A stretch of 64,000 nucleotides of DNA from Acidimicrobiaceae bacterium (GCA_003167415.1 PMTF01000020.1:23888-87887); one strand, 5' to 3'; counted from the stretch's first letter, positions 11,840-21,048 are shown. Numbers and translations: made by a program. Notes: generated from the sequence alone by a model not told the origin.

Positions 11840-12910
11840 GTGAAGACGGCCAAACGCGCACTCGTCGTCGGTGGTGGTGTCATTGGACTAACGAGTGCCT
11901 TTCAATTGGCCCGCCGGGGTTGGCTAGTCACCCTCTTTGACCCCTCCTTGGGCCGCGGCGCCACGTGGGCCGCGGCCGGGATGATCGCGCCGAGCGCTGA
12001 AATTGGTCCGGGTGAAGAGTCGAACTACGAGTTGCAAAGCGGTGCCCTCGAGGCGTGGCGAACGTTCGCCGCCGAACTGCGCGAAATCACCAAGAAGGAG
12101 CTCTCCATCTGCGAAACCGGCACGTTGTTACTCGGTTGGGACGGCAGTGATCGTCGATTGGTCGATCAGTTCGCCCTGGTAGCTGCCGACCTCGGTGTCG
12201 CTCTTCGGCGGGTGTCGCGCGCAGAACGTCCGTCCATGTTTGACGGAGTCTCCGATCGGATTGCGGAAGGACTTTTGGTTGACGGCGACGCGTGGTTGGA
12301 TCCCGACCAGGTCGTCGCCCACGTGAGTGAGGCGAATGCGCAGCTGGGCGTGACGATCGTCAGCGACAGCGTGGTGAGTGTGTGCGGAGACGGGCGTCAC
12401 GTCCAAGCTGTTACCGCCCATGATTCGTTCGAGGGTGACGTCGGCATTATCGCGACGGGCGCGGACGCCTTGCCCAAGGGCGCGACGCCATCGGGCAGTC
12501 ACGTCGTTCGGCCGGTCCACGGCATCACCGTGCGCGTGCGCGGCATCGACCGAAGCACTCAGCCGATGATCCGATCGTTCGTGAGAGGCAACACGGTCTA
12601 TATGGTGAGTCGGCCCGGTGGCTACGACGTGCTCGGCGCTTCGTCCGAAGAGCGTCTCGAGGCCGGCGCCCAGGTCGGCGAGGTGCAACGACTCCTACGC
12701 GACGCCCTCGACGTCGTGCCGGCCCTGGAGACGGCCGTGGTCCTCGAGACCCGCGAAGGCAATCGTCCGGCCAGCGACGATTTGCGGCCCTTCTTTGAGG
12801 TGCTGGTCGACGGTCGCTGGGCGTGGTCGTCGGGTCACTTTCGCCACGGCGTGACCCTGGCGCCGATCGCCGCACGAGAAGCCCTTCGATTCGCGGAGCG
12901 TGTCGCGTGA
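11840..12910 (+). CDS. thiO: FAD-dependent glycine oxidase (ThiO-type)
   Basis: 'VVGGGVIGLTSAF' FAD fold in a DAO-family layout. The stop overlaps the thiS start (GTGA). Confidence 0.78.
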   Translation: MKTAKRALVVGGGVIGLTSAFQLARRGWLVTLFDPSLGRGATWAAAGMIAPSAEIGPGEESNYELQSGALEAWRTFAAELREITKKELSICETGTLLLGWDGSDRRLVDQFALVAADLGVALRRVSRAERPSMFDGVSDRIAEGLLVDGDAWLDPDQVVAHVSEANAQLGVTIVSDSVVSVCGDGRHVQAVTAHDSFEGDVGIIATGADALPKGATPSGSHVVRPVHGITVRVRGIDRSTQPMIRSFVRGNTVYMVSRPGGYDVLGASSEERLEAGAQVGEVQRLLRDALDVVPALETAVVLETREGNRPASDDLRPFFEVLVDGRWAWSSGHFRHGVTLAPIAAREALRFAERVA

Positions 12911-13101
12911 TCCGGGTGAATGGTGAGGATCAGACGTTCGTCGCCGAAACGGTGGATCAGTTGTTACGGCGACTCTCGATTGAACCACGCGGCGTGGCCG
13001 TCGCCATCAACGGCGAAGTGGTGCGAAGGTCCGAATGGTCCGCCACGTACATTGCCGACGACAGCGCGATAGAGATAGTGACCGCCGTAGCGGGCGGCTG
13101 A
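12907..13101 (+). CDS. thiS: sulfur-carrier protein ThiS
   Basis: 64 aa, 'VIRVNGE...' beta-grasp pattern, ending in the diagnostic C-terminal Gly-Gly ('VTAVAGG*'). Confidence 0.8.
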   Translation: MIRVNGEDQTFVAETVDQLLRRLSIEPRGVAVAINGEVVRRSEWSATYIADDSAIEIVTAVAGG

Positions 13102-13116
13102 GAAAGGTGGTCGGAG

Positions 13117-13272
13117 ATGGCAGTTGACGAATTGATACAGGCGCTGGACGAGCGCATCCTCGATGCACTTCGCGCCAAAGCCACGGGTGAAACGATTGCG
13201 TTTCTTTGTGAAGCTCGAGCGTGGTTGACCCATCCCGAACAGGCGCACGGAGCGCATTCCCCCACCGGCTAG
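13117..13272 (+). CDS. 51-aa hypothetical ORF (below the cutoff of the supplied ORF track)
   Basis: ATG at 13117, 15 nt after the thiS stop, with an 'AAAGGTGG' SD-like element upstream. GC3 is only moderate and no family was recognised. Confidence 0.25.
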   Translation: MAVDELIQALDERILDALRAKATGETIAFLCEARAWLTHPEQAHGAHSPTG

Positions 13273-13303
13273 CGAAGAGGCAGCGACTACGATTGTTCGT
13301 TCA

Positions 13304-13382
13304 CGGGCTGTGGCTTAGTTTGGTCTAGAGCGCTCGGCTGGGGGCCGAGAGATCGGGAGTTCGAATCTCCCCAGCCCGACCA
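13304..13382 (+). tRNA. tRNA-Pro (anticodon GGG), CCA encoded
   Basis: Hand-folded cloverleaf. Acceptor CGGGCTG/CAGCCCG, D-stem GCTT/GAGC, anticodon stem CTCGG/CCGAG with loop CT-GGG-GG, T-arm GGGAG-TTCGAAT-CTCCC, discriminator A, then CCA. Confidence 0.9.
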
Positions 13383-13514
13383 CAACCACATCACACCACC
13401 TTCACCATAAAGAAGACGCGTTCACTCGTGGACAGAAAAGTCCGCGCGAGCAACTCCTTTCCCCTTATGGGAACTCGTTCTCACGTCCAGATCAATGTAA
13501 CTTCGGCTCGCATG

Positions 13515-13547
13515 ACGAGAGCCCGTCCGCTCGGGCCGGGCTCTCGT
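13515..13547. terminator. 11-bp perfect G+C-rich hairpin between convergent tRNA-Pro and acs (bidirectional terminator candidate)
   Basis: ACGAGAGCCCG / CGGGCTCTCGT stem with an 11-nt loop. There is no clear U-tract on either strand. Confidence 0.4.
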
Positions 13548-13569
13548 TGACGTTCTGAAAACGTCCGGC

Positions 13570-15708
13570 CTACTCCTCGGAGCCGAAATTCAGGATCGAC
13601 TGGAGCTCCGCGCTACTGAGGTCGCGCGGCAGCTCGCCGGCCGCAACTTTCTCGCTCTCGACGTAGTGCTTGATGTCAGTGACGACGTCGGGGTTGGCCA
13701 GCGTCGTAATGTCGCCCACGTCGGTGAAGTTTGAGATTGACGCGATGACCCGGCGCATGATCTTGCCTGATCGGGTTTTGGGCATGTCGGCCACGATCCA
13801 GACGTTCTTGGGCCGCGCGATCTTGCCGATCTCGCTCTCGATCATCTTGGTCACCTTCGCGGCCACGTCCACGTTCGGATCGACCCCGGGCTTCACGGCG
13901 ATATACATCTCGACCGCGTGCCCTCGCAACTCGTCCACGACGGGGACCGCGGCGGCCTCGGCGACCTCTTCGACCATGAGCGCGGCCGATTCGAGTTCCT
14001 TGGTGCCCAAGCGGTGGCCCGAGACGTTGATCACGTCGTCCACGCGACCGAGGATCCGGTAGTAGCCGTCCTTGGCCTGCATGGCGCCGTCATTGGCGAA
14101 ATACGGCCAGTCATGCCAGTCCGTGCTCTTGGGGTCCTTGTTGTACTTCTCGTAGTACGTCTTGACGAACCGGTCGGGGTCGCCCCAAATAGTCTGGAAG
14201 ATGCCCGGCCACGGGTTGCGGATGCAGATGTTGCCCGCGTGCCCGCTTCCCGCTTCCACCACATCGCCGTTCTCGTCCAGGATCTCCGGGAAGATCCCGA
14301 TGACCGCGGGGCCGCAGCTTCCGGGCTTCATCGCATTGAGCGCCGGTAGGGTGCTGCCGAGGAAGCCTCCGTTCTCGGTCTGCCACCAGGTGTCGACGAT
14401 CACGGCCTCGCCCTTACCGACGACCTCGTGGTACCAACGCCAGACGTCGGGCTCGATCGGCTCGCCCACCGTGGTCATGTGCTTGAAGTGGTAGTTGTAC
14501 TTCGCCGGCTCGTTCGGTCCGACCTTGCGCAGGGTCCGGATGGTCGTGGGAGCGGTGTGGAATTGGGTCACCCCGAGTCTCTCGGCGATCCTCCACATGC
14601 GTCCGGCGTCGGGGTACGTGGGGATTCCCTCGTACATGACCGTCGTCGTGCCGAGGGCCAGGGGCCCGTAGACGATATAGGAGTGTCCGGTGATCCAGCC
14701 AATGTCCGCGGCGCACCAGTACGTGTCATTGGGGTGGATGTCCTGGTAGTACTTGGACGTCCCCGTCACGTAGGAGAGGTAGCCGCCGGTGCTGTGCTGA
14801 CAACCCTTGGGCTTGCCCGTGGTGCCGCTCGAGTACATGATGAACAGCGGCGCCTCGGCCGGCATCGAGACCGGGTCCACGAGCTTGCCTTTGTACTCGG
14901 GCATGATCTCGTCGACGAAGAAGTCCCGACCTTCGACCATCGGGCTCTTCGAGGCGTACTCGCCCGGGTTGCGGCGGAACACCAGCACCTTCTCGACGAC
15001 GACACCGTCCTCAAGGGCCCTCGCCACCGCCTCGTCGGCCTTGACCTTGTGGTCCTGGAGCTCGCCATTGCGGTAGTAGCCGTCGATCGTCACGAGGATC
15101 TTGCTCTTGGAGTCAGCGATGCGCCCTCCGCAGGCCGATCCGGAGAAGCCGCCGAAGACCTGGGAGTGGATGACGCCGAGTCGCGCGCACGCGAGCATCG
15201 CCACCGGCAGGTCCGGCACCATGGGCAAGTGGAACGTGGCCACGTCGCCGGTCTCGACGCCGCAGAAGCCCTTCAACAGCGCGGCGAACTCGTTCACGCG
15301 GCAGTAGAGCTCCTGGTAGGTGATGACCTCGGTGTCCTGTTCCTCGAGCTCGGGTACCCAGATGATTGCTGCCTTGTTGCGGTCAGTCTTGAGGTGGCGG
15401 TCCACGCAGTTGTAGGAGGCGTTGAGGCGTCCGCCGACGAACCACTTCCAGAATGGCGCGTTGCTCGTGTCAAGGGTCGTGTGCCAGTACTTGTCCCAGG
15501 TCAGGAGGTCGGCGTACTCCTTGAAGCACTCGGGATAGTTCTTCTCGCTGAAGCGCTCGAGAATGCTCGGGTCGTTGGCGTTGGCCTGGCCGATGAACTT
15601 CGCCGACGGGAAGAAGTACCCTTCTTCGCGCCAGTGCACCGCAATCTGAGCCTCCGATCCTTTATCCGGCTCGAATTCTTCAGCCTCTTTGTCGCCTTTT
15701 TTTGACAT
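13570..15708 (-). CDS. acs: acetyl-CoA synthetase (AMP-forming), long form (about 712 aa)
   Basis: 'GGRLNASYNCVDRHL', 'YSSGTTGKPKG', 'WWQTENGG', 'RVDDVINVSGHRLGT' and 'PKTRSGKIMRR' motifs. ATG at 15708 is preceded by a GGAGGGGA SD. Confidence 0.88.
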   Translation of the reverse strand: MSKKGDKEAEEFEPDKGSEAQIAVHWREEGYFFPSAKFIGQANANDPSILERFSEKNYPECFKEYADLLTWDKYWHTTLDTSNAPFWKWFVGGRLNASYNCVDRHLKTDRNKAAIIWVPELEEQDTEVITYQELYCRVNEFAALLKGFCGVETGDVATFHLPMVPDLPVAMLACARLGVIHSQVFGGFSGSACGGRIADSKSKILVTIDGYYRNGELQDHKVKADEAVARALEDGVVVEKVLVFRRNPGEYASKSPMVEGRDFFVDEIMPEYKGKLVDPVSMPAEAPLFIMYSSGTTGKPKGCQHSTGGYLSYVTGTSKYYQDIHPNDTYWCAADIGWITGHSYIVYGPLALGTTTVMYEGIPTYPDAGRMWRIAERLGVTQFHTAPTTIRTLRKVGPNEPAKYNYHFKHMTTVGEPIEPDVWRWYHEVVGKGEAVIVDTWWQTENGGFLGSTLPALNAMKPGSCGPAVIGIFPEILDENGDVVEAGSGHAGNICIRNPWPGIFQTIWGDPDRFVKTYYEKYNKDPKSTDWHDWPYFANDGAMQAKDGYYRILGRVDDVINVSGHRLGTKELESAALMVEEVAEAAAVPVVDELRGHAVEMYIAVKPGVDPNVDVAAKVTKMIESEIGKIARPKNVWIVADMPKTRSGKIMRRVIASISNFTDVGDITTLANPDVVTDIKHYVESEKVAAGELPRDLSSAELQSILNFGSEE

Positions 15709-15788
15709 GCTTCCCCTCCTGGTGAGGCGGCGTGCGCGCACGCTGCCGGTGACTGTTCAACACACTCAGACTGAAACTTGATCCCCCA

Positions 15789-15805
15789 CGTGGTCGTCGA
15801 CCACG
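15789..15805. promoter_or_regulatory. 17-bp perfect palindrome CGTGGTCG-t-CGACCACG, about 80 bp upstream of the acs start (candidate operator)
   Basis: Read directly from the sequence. It lies in the 0.55-kb acs / FAD-oxidoreductase divergent gap. Confidence 0.25.
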
Positions 15806-16266
15806 AGTGTTTGCTCTTCAGTTGTTCTATCACGAGAATATTCGCGAGACCAAGTCGCGGATCCGGGGCCAAGTCGTGACAAATCGCCTTTTCAGGCACT
15901 GTGTGTTGGGCCGATTGATACCAGGTGGCTAATTTGTCAAGTTGAATCCGGCACTTGTCGAGTGTGGCTGGGAATGCACCGTCGGTCTCTCTTGTCACGT
16001 CGATGAATCTCGTGCCAGTCCCGATGATTGCTCACCCGTCAAGGTGGGCCAATCGCGTAACTCTCCTTTGCCCCGAGGCGGTGTCCAGCGAATGCTGCCA
16101 CGATGTGCGGCCCGGTCAGAGTGTCAAAGCGGATCACTCCATCGTCAGCCGAATTCGTCCAATCCGGTAGAATTGACCAGTTGAGTCCGGTTAAGAGGGC
16201 GGGCGTTCGTCGCGTCAATTGGGACGTTGACGAAAAGGAAGTGCCGAGAGAGGGTGATTCCGGCCA

Positions 16267-17694
16267 TTGGCTGGACACAGTATGGACAAGAAGGATCCGT
16301 TCGTCTTACGCCACCTCGCCGACGTCCAACCGGAGTTGTGGTGGCTCGATTCGGACCCCCTCGAGCCGGCGCCTCACTCGGCCCTGATTGGCGACATTGG
16401 CGCCGACCTGTGCGTGGTGGGCGCGGGCTATACCGGCCTGTGGACCGCGCTGCTCGCAAAGGAGCGTGACCCTGATCGAGAAGTCGTGGTCGTTGAGCAG
16501 TTCGAGACGGGTGCGGGTGCATCGGGTCGCAACGGCGGATTCTGTTCCTCGTCACTCACCCACGGATACTTAAACGGCGTCCGACGCTTTCCCGATGAGA
16601 TCGAACAGATCCAACGCCTCGGCCGTGAGAACCTTGACGAGATCGAGGCGACGATCGCTCGCTACAACATCGAATGTGACTTCGAGCGCACCGGCGAACT
16701 CCAAGTCGCCGTCGCTCCTTGGCAGTTCAAGGGAATGGCCGAACAGGCCGAACGTCGAAACGCCATGGGTGACCGCGTCGAAGTGCTCAGCCAAGAAGAG
16801 GTGCAGGCGCGCGTGCACTCTCCCTCGTACGTCGGAGCCCTCTTCGATCACGACGGCACGGCTCTGGTGGACCCGGCTCGACTGGTGTGGGGACTAGAGC
16901 GAGCGTGTATTTCTCTCGGTGTGAAGATCTTCGAGAACTCGAAGGTCGAATGGCTGGAGGACTTGCACGACGCCGTGCGCGTCCACACGCCCTACGGCGC
17001 CGTCACGGCCGCGAGGGTGGCGCTCGGGACCAACGTCTTTCCGTCGCTCTTGAAGAAGACCCGCCGATACGTCGTGCCCGTCTACGACTACGTCATGGTC
17101 ACCGAACCGCTCTCGGACGCTCAGCTCGAAAGCATCGGGTGGTCGGGTCGCGAGGGCATCGCCGATTCCGGCAACCAGTTTCACTACTACCGACTCACGA
17201 GTGACAACAGCATCCTTTGGGGCGGCTACGACACGATCTATAACTTTCGCGGCAAGGTTCGTCGGGAGTACGAGTTCAACTCCGAGACGTACGCCACTTT
17301 GGCCGGTCACTTCTTGAAGACCTTTCCGCAGTTGGCCGGGGTTAAATTCACGCACGCCTGGGGCGGAGCGATCGACACGTGCACCCGGTTCTCACCGTTC
17401 TGGGGAACCTCGCACGAGAACAAAGTCGCCTACGTGCTCGGCTACACCGGACTCGGTGTCGCCTCCACCAGATTCGGGGCGGCCACGATGCTCGATCTAC
17501 TGGACGGACTCGAGACCGACCGCACTCGCTTGACGATGGTTCGTAAGCGCCCGATGCCGTTTCCCCCGGAGCCCTTCAAGTGGCTCTTCATTCGCATCAC
17601 CCAGTCGGCCATTAAGTACGCCGACGAACACGAGGGCCGCCGAAACCTCTGGCTGAAGCTCATCGATCTCTTCGGCCTGGGCTTCGACTCCTAA
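16267..17694 (+). CDS. FAD-dependent oxidoreductase (DAO / gamma-glutamylputrescine-oxidase-like family)
   Basis: 475 aa with the 'DLCVVGAGYTGLWTA' FAD fold. The start is either TTG 16267 or ATG 16282. Confidence 0.82.
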   Translation: MAGHSMDKKDPFVLRHLADVQPELWWLDSDPLEPAPHSALIGDIGADLCVVGAGYTGLWTALLAKERDPDREVVVVEQFETGAGASGRNGGFCSSSLTHGYLNGVRRFPDEIEQIQRLGRENLDEIEATIARYNIECDFERTGELQVAVAPWQFKGMAEQAERRNAMGDRVEVLSQEEVQARVHSPSYVGALFDHDGTALVDPARLVWGLERACISLGVKIFENSKVEWLEDLHDAVRVHTPYGAVTAARVALGTNVFPSLLKKTRRYVVPVYDYVMVTEPLSDAQLESIGWSGREGIADSGNQFHYYRLTSDNSILWGGYDTIYNFRGKVRREYEFNSETYATLAGHFLKTFPQLAGVKFTHAWGGAIDTCTRFSPFWGTSHENKVAYVLGYTGLGVASTRFGAATMLDLLDGLETDRTRLTMVRKRPMPFPPEPFKWLFIRITQSAIKYADEHEGRRNLWLKLIDLFGLGFDS

Positions 17695-17731
17695 CTGGTC
17701 GAAGCCCGACGAAGTGTACGGTACTTCCGCG

Positions 17732-18580
17732 TTAGCTGGACAGTGAGTAGATGACTGTGACCTGCACGTTGACGGGCTGGCTACCGGTTTGGATCGGTAC
17801 GGAGGAGCGAAGTGCAGCAGCATTGAACGCGATCGGCGCGCTGTAAACCCCGGAACTCTGAGTCTCGTTGTCAGTGATCTTCACGATCCCGGTGACGTGG
17901 ATGTCGCCGGCGTTCGCGAGCTGACCCGCGGCGACGCGAGCGTTGTTCATGGCACGAATTCGAGCAGCGCGCAATAGCGAAGAGTCGTTCGTGATGGTGA
18001 ACGACACGCCGTTCAGCTGGACGCCGTTGCCGACGGCCCGAGCGGCCGCGTCAATCGCCACGCCAGCACGCTGCACCTTGTGCATCGTTATGTTCAAAGT
18101 GTCTTCAACGGTGAAGCCGGTCACCACTCCTTGGTTGTTCGTGTCGTCGTAGATGTTGAGTCCGGAGGTCTGCATTTCTCTTTTGGTTACACCGTTCTTC
18201 AACAGGGCCGCTTCGAGCGCGCGGACTTTGTTGTCGTTCTCGGTCAGGGCCGCTGTCGCAGTCAAAGAGCGCGTTGACACGCCGATTTGGAAATTGATCG
18301 TGTCAGGGGTGCCCTGGACGGTGCCCGAGCCCGTGACCGTAATCGTTGACCGGGCGTTTCCCTTGGCGTGACCGAGGACAAACCCCGCGAAACCTACGAC
18401 GACGAAGCCGACCACCGCGACCACCAGCACGGTGACTATCGTCAGGAACCAGCCGGTCCGGCGGGGCCGCTGACTCGTCAAACGCTCGCTCTCGCGATCG
18501 CGTATCGGCTCTGTGTTGTCTCCGCTGATGTCATTACTCATTCGCTCTCCTCTGTCCTCACCGACGCTGGTGAAATCCAT
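17732..18580 (-). CDS. SIMPL (DUF541) domain protein with N-terminal membrane anchor
   Basis: TM segment 'WFLTIVTVLVVAVVGFVVVGFAGFVL', then the SIMPL-like pattern 'ITVTGSGTVQGTPD...FQIGV...'. Alternative ATG at 18541. Confidence 0.78.
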   Translation of the reverse strand: MDFTSVGEDRGERMSNDISGDNTEPIRDRESERLTSQRPRRTGWFLTIVTVLVVAVVGFVVVGFAGFVLGHAKGNARSTITVTGSGTVQGTPDTINFQIGVSTRSLTATAALTENDNKVRALEAALLKNGVTKREMQTSGLNIYDDTNNQGVVTGFTVEDTLNITMHKVQRAGVAIDAAARAVGNGVQLNGVSFTITNDSSLLRAARIRAMNNARVAAGQLANAGDIHVTGIVKITDNETQSSGVYSAPIAFNAAALRSSVPIQTGSQPVNVQVTVIYSLSS

Positions 18581-18664
18581 GGTGGATCCGCGTCACCGGG
18601 CCCTTCAATAAGTACATGTCACGTTCGACAAGAAACTTTCTGGGCGCGAGAAGTGAGCCCTCGA

Positions 18665-19300
18665 TCACGTCGCAGAAGACGAACTGTTCGGGTACGTCGA
18701 GGCGACGACGTTGTGACAGTCCAAATTGAGAATACGACTGGAGAACGCGGCGGAGAACCCGGCGAAGACAACCGAGTGAATGGCACCGAGCCGCACGACG
18801 AGCATCGCTACGACCACTTTGGGAATCAATGGCGTGTTCACCCCAATTCGGTCGCCCACTTTCACTCCGAGTTCGGTGAGCGCGTTGGCCGTTTACGCGA
18901 CGAGCTTCTCTAACTCGTCGTACGCAATAGTCCGTCCTACACCCTCAGCGTCAGCGACCCAGTGATAAGCAACGCGGTCACCCTGGCCGGACTCGACGTG
19001 GTGGTGGACGCAGTTGTACGAGGCGTTCAGCGTGCCGTCCTAGAACCTCTTGGCGAAGGGCAGCTTACATTTGAGGCTCTTCGTCCGAGGCGTCCTTCAC
19101 GCCAAACGGTCCGCCTGCGTGCGCCACCAGGCGACCGGATCAGTCTCGGCGTCAGCATCAATAGAAGGTTTCGCGTTGGCCTGCTTTGAGAATTGCGCGG
19201 ACGGTGCGAAACTGCGCGTCGCTTCGAACCATGCTTCAATTTCTGCTTCTGTCGTGGTCGTCTCTTGCAGTGACGTTGGTGAAAGTACGTCGAACGAATG
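18665..19300 (-). pseudogene. acs: decayed and truncated bacterial-type acetyl-CoA synthetase (N-terminal ~200 codons only)
   Basis: The minus-strand translation matches the Acs N-terminal region ('SFAPSAQFSKQANA...DPVAWW', 'KRF*DGTLNASYNCV', '[40 protein letters not shown]'). In-frame TAG at 19040..19042, TAA at 18893..18895 and at least one frameshift near 19090. Homology ends about 18.68 kb, and the AMP-binding core is absent. Confidence 0.75.
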
Positions 19301-19374
19301 AGATGCGCAACATGATTGCGTCTGAAGCCGTGATGTAGTGCTCTATCGGCCCAGTATGCCAACAGCGCCCGAGC

Positions 19375-19423
19375 CTGGTGGCTGGGACGCTGTTGGCGGT
19401 TGGGTCCGGTGGCAAGCCACCAG
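19375..19423 (-). terminator. 9-bp stem (CTGGTGGCT/AGCCACCAG) with a long structured loop just downstream of satP
   Basis: Read directly from the sequence, 12 nt after the satP stop. The loop is about 31 nt, so terminator function is uncertain. Confidence 0.25.
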
Positions 19424-19434
19424 TGACAATGAGG

Positions 19435-20064
19435 TTAGCTCAATGGACGAGCCGGTGGCATAGAATTTCCGTGAGTTTCGTGGATCACTCCACTCAAAGG
19501 ACCGACCGGTAGCACAACCTTTCCATGCGTTTCGTTGATCACGCCGGCTGCGGACGCGTACCACGCGAGAAGAGCCGTGACGATGCCAAGCCATCCACCG
19601 ATCTTGGTCATGTCGGTGTGACCGCCGCCCCACGCTCCAATGGTGAGGAACAAGAAGGCCAACGTCAGCGCGACGAACACCAACAAGACCGCCACGTTCA
19701 CCCTCATGGCCGCAACTGCCATGTACGCCGTGAAGAGAATCCAGGGCAAGAGGTACAGGCCCAAAGCACCCTTGACCGCGAGACCACCCTGGAAGTTGAT
19801 GAAGAAGTACACACCAATCCAGAACGCACCGTACGACGTAAAGGCGAGAGCCCCAAAGGTATTCTTTCGCACGAATTCCCACATACCGGCCGCGAACTGC
19901 GCAACGCCACCGTAAATGAATGCCAGCGATATGGCACCACTTATGGCCGCACTGGCCGTTCCACCGAACTTAAACAGTCCGACATTGAAGAGGCTCAGCA
20001 AAAACGTGGTCATGGCGAAACCGGCGAGTCCGAGCGGACCGGGGTCCGCAACTCTGTGTTCCAT
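19435..20064 (-). CDS. satP: acetate/succinate-proton symporter, GPR1/FUN34/YaaH (AceTr) family
   Basis: 'ADPGPLGLAGFAMTTFLLSLFN' signature, six hydrophobic segments, and ATG 20064 preceded by a GGGGAGAA SD. Confidence 0.87.
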   Translation of the reverse strand: MEHRVADPGPLGLAGFAMTTFLLSLFNVGLFKFGGTASAAISGAISLAFIYGGVAQFAAGMWEFVRKNTFGALAFTSYGAFWIGVYFFINFQGGLAVKGALGLYLLPWILFTAYMAVAAMRVNVAVLLVFVALTLAFLFLTIGAWGGGHTDMTKIGGWLGIVTALLAWYASAAGVINETHGKVVLPVGPLSGVIHETHGNSMPPARPLS

Positions 20065-20277
20065 GTAATTCTCCCCACATAGGTCTATTCCCACCGCCGG
20101 GATGACGGTTACTGAGATTAAACCTCACTTCACAAGAATCATGACGGATGAAATCACGGCAACTTCGTGAAGAGGTTCACAATAACGTCGCATGGCCTGA
20201 CCAACTCGCTTGAATTACTGACGGGTAGGCGTACGGTGACCGCGGCGAAAACGTAAATGCAATGTATAAAAGAAACG

Positions 20278-21048
20278 CTACGAATCGATAGCGGAACGAA
20301 AACTCCTGATGAACGATTCGATTTCGGATGTGCCGCCGCCATCGAGGATTACCTGGACCAAGGCCGATCCCACGATGACGCCATCACTCACCTCGGCGGC
20401 CTCTTTGGCCTGATTCGGAGTGGCGATGCCGATACCCATGAGCGCCGGCACGTCACTGGTGCGTCGAATCGATTCCACGACTCGCTCGCCGTCGCCTCCC
20501 CCCGCGGACTGGCCGGTGACGGCCATACGCGCCGAGGCGTAAGCGAAGCCCTGCGTGCGAGCGGCGAGCTGATCGACGCGCGCGGGGGGCGTCGAAGGAG
20601 CCACGAGCAATACGCTCGCGACGTCCGCGCCGTCACAGGCCGCGATCCACGGCGCCGTCTCTTCTAGAGCGAGGTCCGGAATGATCGCGCCGTGAATGCC
20701 ACTGTCGGCGAGTTTGCCGGCGGCGCGGTCGAGCCCGTAGTGCAACACGATGTTGTAATACGTCATCGCGATGAGCGGCACCGCGGCGTCGAGTCGACTG
20801 AGATCGTCACAGATCGATTCCAAGGTCGTGCCGAACGCCAGAGATCGAAGGTCCGCCTCTTGGATGACCGGACCGTCCATCATCGGATCGGAGAACGGAA
20901 TGCCAATCTCGACGGCGTCGGCGCCGGCCAGCACGGCCGCCTCGACGTGCTCGGTCCAATCATTCGTCAGTCCGCCCATGAAATACGGCACGAGGAGTTT
21001 GCGCCCGGTCGCTCGAACAGCGCGCAGGTCGCGCTCGAGGCTCTTCAT
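20278..21048 (-). CDS. trpA: tryptophan synthase alpha chain
   Basis: 256 aa with 'LVPYFMGG...[23 protein letters not shown]'. The start overlaps the trpB stop (ATGA). Confidence 0.93.
   Translation of the reverse strand: MKSLERDLRAVRATGRKLLVPYFMGGLTNDWTEHVEAAVLAGADAVEIGIPFSDPMMDGPVIQEADLRSLAFGTTLESICDDLSRLDAAVPLIAMTYYNIVLHYGLDRAAGKLADSGIHGAIIPDLALEETAPWIAACDGADVASVLLVAPSTPPARVDQLAARTQGFAYASARMAVTGQSAGGGDGERVVESIRRTSDVPALMGIGIATPNQAKEAAEVSDGVIVGSALVQVILDGGGTSEIESFIRSFRSAIDS

Noticed and set aside
15501-16278. ORFs 15501..15998 (-), 16039..16278 (-) and 15942..16184 (+) in the acs upstream gap.
   Set aside because: Their composition is poor for coding, they have no SD or family signal, and one runs into the acs start region. 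They are treated as non-coding pending a real search.
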